A DNA stretch of 64,000 bases. Source: Candidatus Deferrimicrobiaceae bacterium. Its GTDB lineage: Bacteria > Desulfobacterota > Deferrimicrobia > Deferrimicrobiales > Deferrimicrobiaceae. Under the pieces are notes generated by a model. That model saw nothing but the letters and a program-made list of their open reading frames with translations, was not told the DNA's origin and ran no database searches. The stretch's first letter is position 1. Each line of letters opens with the position of its first letter. This document shows, piece after piece, positions 58,863 through 64,000 of the stretch. The stretch lies in the NCBI GenBank assembly GCA_963792415.1, contig CAWBVY010000001.1, positions 96,001-160,000 on the forward strand. The letters run 5' to 3'. A program made the translations under genes and the position numbers.

Positions 58863-59380
58863 AACACGATCACCTCGAGAGGATCTTCGCACGATTTCAG
58901 CAACTGCGTCACGGTGCAGCCGTACGTGGGAACAACCGCGTCGGGGGCCACTTCGGCGGCGGGCAGAAGGCAGAACCGGCGCTGCGCCATCGACGCGTGC
59001 GGAATCACGAGCCCCGGCACGTCGATCACGGCATCCCCAAGAAGAAGGATGTCGACGTCGAGCGTCCGGGGACCCCACCGGGCGCCGCCACGGCGGCCCG
59101 CCTCCAGCTCGAGCCGCTTCGCGAGCGCGAGCAGCTCCCACGGGGAATGCCCCGTCGCCGCGCGAACCGCCAGGTTGAGGAACCACGGCTGGTGCGACCG
59201 CCCGAACGGCTCGCTCGCGTACATCCGGGAGACGGCGAGCAGCTCCGTTTCGCGGGAGAGCCGGTCGACGGCGTCGCGGATCCTCCGGACGCGCCTCCCC
59301 TGGTTGCTTCCGAGGAGGAGAACCGCCTCGCGGGAATGCCCCCCCCCGGCAGGCAGGTCCACCCTAAGGCGCGACGACAC
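58859..59380 (-). CDS. folK: 2-amino-4-hydroxy-6-hydroxymethyldihydropteridine diphosphokinase
   Basis: [27 protein letters not shown]...RRF. Confidence 0.92.
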   Translation of the reverse strand: MSSRLRVDLPAGGGHSREAVLLLGSNQGRRVRRIRDAVDRLSRETELLAVSRMYASEPFGRSHQPWFLNLAVRAATGHSPWELLALAKRLELEAGRRGGARWGPRTLDVDILLLGDAVIDVPGLVIPHASMAQRRFCLLPAAEVAPDAVVPTYGCTVTQLLKSCEDPLEVIVL

Positions 59381-60128
59381 GGTTGGTGAGGGCGCCGATC
59401 CCGCCCACCTCTACGGTCACGACGTCCCCCACGCGGAGCGAACCTACGCCGGGAGGCGTTCCGGTCGCGATCACGTCCCCCGGGAACAGCGTCATATTGG
59501 AGGAGATGTACTCCACGATCCGGTGGACGGATGCGATCATCTCCCGCGTGTTCCCGTCCTGGCGGACTTCGCCGTTCACGAGACAGCGGACCGATGCCTC
59601 GGCCGGTTCGAAATCGGTGACGATCCACGGACCGAGCGGTGCGAACGTGTCGAACCCCTTGGAGCGGGCGAACTGCACGTCCTTCCTCTGGAGGTCGCGC
59701 GCGGTCACGTCGTTGATGCAGGTGTACCCGAGGATGTGCGCGGCGGCGTCCTTCTCCTTCACGTTCTTCGCCACCCGGCCGATCACCACCGCAAGCTCCG
59801 CCTCGTAATCCACGCGCTGCGACTGCGGCGGGTAGACGATCTCGCCCCCCGGACCGGTCAGCGCGGAGGGAGCCTTGAGAAACAGGAGCGGCTCCTCGGG
59901 GATCTCCATCCCCAACTCGCGCGCATGGTCCTTGTAATTGAGGCCGACCGCGACGATCTTCCCCGGGAGCACCGGGGCGAGGAGGCGGACCTCTTCGAGC
60001 CGGCGCGCGTCCCCGGTCGTCTCGAGGCGGTCGAACGGCCCCCCCGCGATCTCGCGGATCCTGCCGCTCTCCGGGTCGGCCAGGCCGTACCGCGCCCGGC
60101 CCCCGTATTCGTACCGCGCGATCCTCAT
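59364..60128 (-). CDS. Fumarylacetoacetate hydrolase family protein
   Basis: [45 protein letters not shown]. Confidence 0.93.
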   Translation of the reverse strand: MRIARYEYGGRARYGLADPESGRIREIAGGPFDRLETTGDARRLEEVRLLAPVLPGKIVAVGLNYKDHARELGMEIPEEPLLFLKAPSALTGPGGEIVYPPQSQRVDYEAELAVVIGRVAKNVKEKDAAAHILGYTCINDVTARDLQRKDVQFARSKGFDTFAPLGPWIVTDFEPAEASVRCLVNGEVRQDGNTREMIASVHRIVEYISSNMTLFPGDVIATGTPPGVGSLRVGDVVTVEVGGIGALTNRVVAP

Positions 60129-60934
60129 TTCCCGACCCCCAGCACGTCCGCCATGTCGTAAAGCCCCGGCGGCTTTCCGAGGACCCACGCGGCCGCGCGG
60201 ACGGCGCCGCGGGCGAACGTGTCGCGGCTGTGGGCCCTGTGCGTGATCTCGAACCGCTCGCCGATTCCGCCGAAGACCAGCGTGTGGTCCCCCACCACGT
60301 CCCCGGCGCGGACGGCGAAGACGCCGATCTCCTTGCGGGCCCGCTCCCCGACCATCCCCCGCCGCCCGTACACGCCCGCGTCCTCCATCGTCCGGCCGAG
60401 AGCGGTCGCCACCGCCTCGGCGAGACGAACCGCCGTCCCCGAGGGGGCGTCCTTCTTGAACCGGTGGTGCGTCTCGACGATCTCCACGTCGTACTCCTCC
60501 CCCAGCACCCGCGCCACGTCGGCCGCGACCTTGAACATGAGGTTCACGCCGACGCTCATGTTGGGGGATTGGACGATCGCCACCTTCGCCGCCGCGCTCC
60601 GGATCCGCTCCATGTGGGACGGACCGAGCCCCGTGCTCCCGATGACGATCGGCTTCCCGGCGGCGGCGGCGGCCCCCGCGTTGCCCGCCGAGGAGTCGGG
60701 ACCGGTGAAGTCGATCGCCACATCCGCGGCGGCGACCGCCTTCGCGAAATCATCGGTGACGGGAACCCCCGCCCTTCCGGCGCCGGCCGCCTCGAAGGCG
60801 TCCCGCGAGAGAAGGGGGTGTCCCGCCGCCTCGATGGCACCGGAGAGGGAGAGCCCGTGGGGACCCTCCTTCAGGATGCCGAGTATCGCCCTCCCCATCC
60901 GCCCCATTGCGCCGCAGACGACAACGCCGGACAA
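60125..60934 (-). CDS. dapB: 4-hydroxy-tetrahydrodipicolinate reductase
   Basis: [34 protein letters not shown]. Confidence 0.95.
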   Translation of the reverse strand: MSGVVVCGAMGRMGRAILGILKEGPHGLSLSGAIEAAGHPLLSRDAFEAAGAGRAGVPVTDDFAKAVAAADVAIDFTGPDSSAGNAGAAAAAGKPIVIGSTGLGPSHMERIRSAAAKVAIVQSPNMSVGVNLMFKVAADVARVLGEEYDVEIVETHHRFKKDAPSGTAVRLAEAVATALGRTMEDAGVYGRRGMVGERARKEIGVFAVRAGDVVGDHTLVFGGIGERFEITHRAHSRDTFARGAVRAAAWVLGKPPGLYDMADVLGVGK

Positions 60935-60943
60935 GGCCGCCCC

Positions 60944-61816
60944 CTACGCGATCTTCATGTCGGAGAGGACCTTCGCGAGGGCCTTCCGGCTGGCGTCGGA
61001 CATCCCGCACAGCGGGAGCCGGAACTCTTCGCGGATCTTCCCCATCATGGCAAGCGCCGTCTTGGCGGGGATCGGGTTCGTCTCGATGAAGAGCGCGTTC
61101 ATCAGGGGCCACAGGCGGAAGTGGATCTCCCTCGCCCGCGCCACCTCCCCCAGGGCGAAGGCGTCGTAGAGGTCGGCCATCTCCCTCGGGGCGACGTTGG
61201 AAACGACGGAGATGACCCCCTTCGCGCCGAGGGCGAGCATCGGGAAGTAGAGCCCGTCGTCTCCGGACAGCACGCAGAAGGTCCTGGGGGTCATCTTCAG
61301 GATGTCACAGACCTGGGCGAGGTTCCCTGAGGCCTCCTTCACCCCGACGATGTTTTTCACCTCGGAGAGGCGCGCGACGGTCTCCGCGGTCATGTTCACC
61401 CCGGTGCGGGACGGGACGTTGTACAGGATGAGCGGGATGTCCGCGGAGGCGGCCACCTCCCGGAAGTGCGCGAGCAACCCCGCCTGGGTCGGCTTGTTGT
61501 AGTACGGGGTGATGACGAGCGCGGCGTTGGCACCCGCCTTCTTCGCGTAGCGGGTCAGCAGGACGGCTTCCTTCGTATTGTTCGATCCGGTTCCCGCGAT
61601 GACCGGCACCCGGCCGGCCGCTGCTTCGAGCACCAGGTCGATCACCCGCTCGTGCTCCTCGTACGCCAGCGTCGCGGACTCCCCGGTCGTGCCGCACGGA
61701 ACGATCCCGTCGGTCCCGTTCCGTATCTGGAACTCCACGAGTTTTTTCAGCGCATTCGCGTCCAGTTTGCCGTTCCGGAACGGCGTGACGGTTGCGACGA
61801 TGGCTCCGTGGAACAT
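60944..61816 (-). CDS. dapA: 4-hydroxy-tetrahydrodipicolinate synthase
   Basis: GTTGESATL, PYYNKPTQ, YNVPSRTG, GVKEASG, ETNPIPAK. Confidence 0.96.
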   Translation of the reverse strand: MFHGAIVATVTPFRNGKLDANALKKLVEFQIRNGTDGIVPCGTTGESATLAYEEHERVIDLVLEAAAGRVPVIAGTGSNNTKEAVLLTRYAKKAGANAALVITPYYNKPTQAGLLAHFREVAASADIPLILYNVPSRTGVNMTAETVARLSEVKNIVGVKEASGNLAQVCDILKMTPRTFCVLSGDDGLYFPMLALGAKGVISVVSNVAPREMADLYDAFALGEVARAREIHFRLWPLMNALFIETNPIPAKTALAMMGKIREEFRLPLCGMSDASRKALAKVLSDMKIA

Positions 61817-61833
61817 TCGGTCGTCCCCCCTTT

Positions 61834-62664
61834 TCAGTAGCGATACGCCTCTTCGAAGATCCTGCCGTCGCACGACCAGGAGGTGTCTCCCTCGAGAAAG
61901 ACCTCCCCGAAATCGATCCGCTTCGGGTCGAAATGGATGACGAGGGTCTCGCCGCCGCTGGTCCCCACCGTCACCGGCGGCGTCGCAAGACCGCGGATCC
62001 CCGCCAGGATGGCGCTGGCGACCGCACCCGTTCCGCACGCCAGCGTCTCCCCCTCGACCCCCCGTTCGTAGGTGCGCACCCGCAGGGCGTCGCCGACCGG
62101 CTGCGCGAAGTTTACGTTCGTCCCCCGGGGGGCGAACGCCTTGTGCCGCCGGATCCCGCGCCCGACCCCCTCCACGTCCGCCCGCGAGACGTCCGGGACG
62201 AACAGGACCGCGTGGGGAACGCCGGTGTCGAGGAACGAATACGAGTACTTCTTCCCCGCCAGCGTCAGCGACCGGTCGACCGCCAACCCGCTGGGCCGCG
62301 TCATCTGGAGCTTCACGCGCCGCCCTCGCACGGAAGCGTGGAGGATCCCCGCGATCGTCTCGAAGGACATCTCCCGGCCCGTGATCCGACGGGCCGCGGC
62401 GAAGCGCGCCGCGCACCGGCCCCCGTTGCCGCACATCTCGGCGCGGGAGCCGTCGGCGTTGTAGAAGTCCCACCGGAAGTCCGCCCGCCGCGACGGCTCG
62501 ATCACGATCACCCCGTCGGCGCCGATCGACCGGGACCGGTCGCACACCTTCGCGGCGAAGGAAGGACGGTCGATGCCGCGCATCGCGTCCCCGCGGTCGT
62601 CGATCAGGAGGAAATCGTTGCCGCTCCCGTTCAGCTTCGAAAAAGGAATGCCCGCCCGCGTCAT
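61834..62664 (-). CDS. dapF: Diaminopimelate epimerase
   Basis: GSGNDF, NADGSRAEMCGNG, TYERGVEGETLACGTG. Confidence 0.96.
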   Translation of the reverse strand: MTRAGIPFSKLNGSGNDFLLIDDRGDAMRGIDRPSFAAKVCDRSRSIGADGVIVIEPSRRADFRWDFYNADGSRAEMCGNGGRCAARFAAARRITGREMSFETIAGILHASVRGRRVKLQMTRPSGLAVDRSLTLAGKKYSYSFLDTGVPHAVLFVPDVSRADVEGVGRGIRRHKAFAPRGTNVNFAQPVGDALRVRTYERGVEGETLACGTGAVASAILAGIRGLATPPVTVGTSGGETLVIHFDPKRIDFGEVFLEGDTSWSCDGRIFEEAYRY

Positions 62665-62728
62665 CGCCCCGCCCTCTCCGCCCGGTCTACGAATATCGTA
62701 ACAGAAGCCGCGGGGATCGAGAAAAGGA

Positions 62729-64000
62729 TCATCCTTTTCCGGTGCGCCCGCGGGAGAGGAACGACGCGGTCCGCTCGCCGCGAAACAGCTCCCGCACCGT
62801 CTCCCGTACCCGGACGACTTCGAACCGTCTCCCCGATACCATCACCTCGGCGGCACGCGGCCGGGTGTTGTAGTTCGAGGACATGGAGAAGCCGTACGCC
62901 CCCGCGCTCATCACCGCGAGGAGATCCCCGCCCCGGCAAGGCGGCATCGCGCGGTCCTTCGCCAGGAAATCCCCGGATTCGCAGATGGGACCGACGACGT
63001 CCGCCGTCACTTTTCCGCGGCGCGCTTTTCCCACCGGGAGGATCGCGTGGTAGGAGCCGTAGAGCGAGGGGCGCGCCAGGTCGTTCATGGCGGCGTCGAC
63101 GATGAAGAAGTGCTTCTTCCCTCTCCCTGCCGGGGACGGGATCGGCTTCGTGTAGAGCACCTCGGTGAGCAGGACCCCCGCGTTGCCGACGAGGACACGT
63201 CCCGGCTCGAGCACGAGCGTGACGGGAAGCCCCCGGAACGCCTCCGCGACCGCGGCCGCGTACACTCCCGGATTCGGGGGGATTTCGTCGTGATACCGGA
63301 TCCCCAGCCCCCCGCCGATGTCGACGAAGCGGATGGGGAACCCCTTCCGGAGCAGGCGGTCGACGAGACGGCGGACCCGCCCCGCCGCGTCGACGAAGGG
63401 AGCGACGTCGGTCAACTGCGATCCGATGTGGCAGTCCACCCCCACGACCTCGATGTGACGTCGCCCTGCCGCCCACTCGTAATCCCTCATCGCCTGCGCC
63501 ACCCGGATCCCGAACTTGTTCTTCCTCAGCCCCGTCGATATGTACGGGTGGGTCTTCGGATCCACGTCGGGGTTGACGCGGATCGCGATGGGAGCCCGCT
63601 TCCGCATCCTTCCGGCCACGGCGTCGATCGTCTCCAGCTCCTCGCGCGACTCCACGTTGAACATCAGGATCCCCCGGAGCAGCGCCTCCTCGATCTCCGG
63701 GACCGTCTTCCCGACCCCCGAGTAGACGATCTTCCCCGGGGGGGCCCCGGCGGCCAGCGCCCGCGCGAGCTCGCCCCCCGAGACGATGTCGACTCCGCTC
63801 CCCATGCCGGTGAAGGTCCGGATGACGGAGCCGTTCGAGTTGGACTTCATCGAGAAACAGATGATGTGCGGAATCCCGCCGAACGCCTCGTCGAAGACAC
63901 GGTAGTGGTGGGCAAGGGTCGCGTGGCTGTACACGTACACCGGCGTCCCCACCTCCTTCGCGATTCTCCGCAGCGGCACCCCCTCGCAGTGCATCTCGCC
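62729..64000 (-). CDS. lysA: Diaminopimelate decarboxylase (5' end runs off window)
   Basis: [41 protein letters not shown]. Confidence 0.95.
   Translation of the reverse strand, partial: GEMHCEGVPLRRIAKEVGTPVYVYSHATLAHHYRVFDEAFGGIPHIICFSMKSNSNGSVIRTFTGMGSGVDIVSGGELARALAAGAPPGKIVYSGVGKTVPEIEEALLRGILMFNVESREELETIDAVAGRMRKRAPIAIRVNPDVDPKTHPYISTGLRKNKFGIRVAQAMRDYEWAAGRRHIEVVGVDCHIGSQLTDVAPFVDAAGRVRRLVDRLLRKGFPIRFVDIGGGLGIRYHDEIPPNPGVYAAAVAEAFRGLPVTLVLEPGRVLVGNAGVLLTEVLYTKPIPSPAGRGKKHFFIVDAAMNDLARPSLYGSYHAILPVGKARRGKVTADVVGPICESGDFLAKDRAMPPCRGGDLLAVMSAGAYGFSMSSNYNTRPRAAEVMVSGRRFEVVRVRETVRELFRGERTASFLSRGRTGKG

Overview
High-GC bacterial chromosomal window. Gene content (CarD-IspD, MglA, EF-G2, Glt/Agm-like genes, split methylmalonyl-CoA mutase) suggests a deltaproteobacterial-type organism (inference). 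Layout: (1) 1-7.6 kb: ispD, carD and a cluster of Fe-S/sulfur-insertion enzymes (DUF362-ferredoxin, dehydratase activase, PLP lyase, MoeB, tRNA thiolase, LarE, MogA). (2) 7.6-14.6 kb: birA-coaX-[MITE]-fusA2-hyp-mglA-GAF/degenerate GGDEF. (3) 15.8-32.3 kb: a sigma54-driven Tad/Flp pilus operon whose distal end continues into a GltD-like TPR giant, a CglF/GltF-like peptide, an AAA+ ATPase and an AgmX/PglI (GltG-like) protein. (4) 32.7-42.8 kb: a ~10 kb glycan island (5 glycosyltransferases, wzm/wzt, methyltransferase with a coiled-coil ruler, secreted HEAT protein) bracketed by a 64-bp perfect direct repeat of the mutase 3' end. (5) 42.7-58 kb: propionyl-CoA carboxylase/mutase, glcDF, acyl-CoA/Fe-S oxidoreductase genes, a FadR-type TetR with its operator, IclR, and an HTH fused to a degenerate ADP-ribosylglycohydrolase. 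(6) 58-64 kb: folK, FAH-family gene, dapB-dapA-dapF-lysA. About 13 small frameshifts cluster between 13.8 and 39.5 kb and I saw none outside. No rRNA, tRNA, CRISPR array or integrase was recognised. All family calls come from motif recognition by eye, not database searches.
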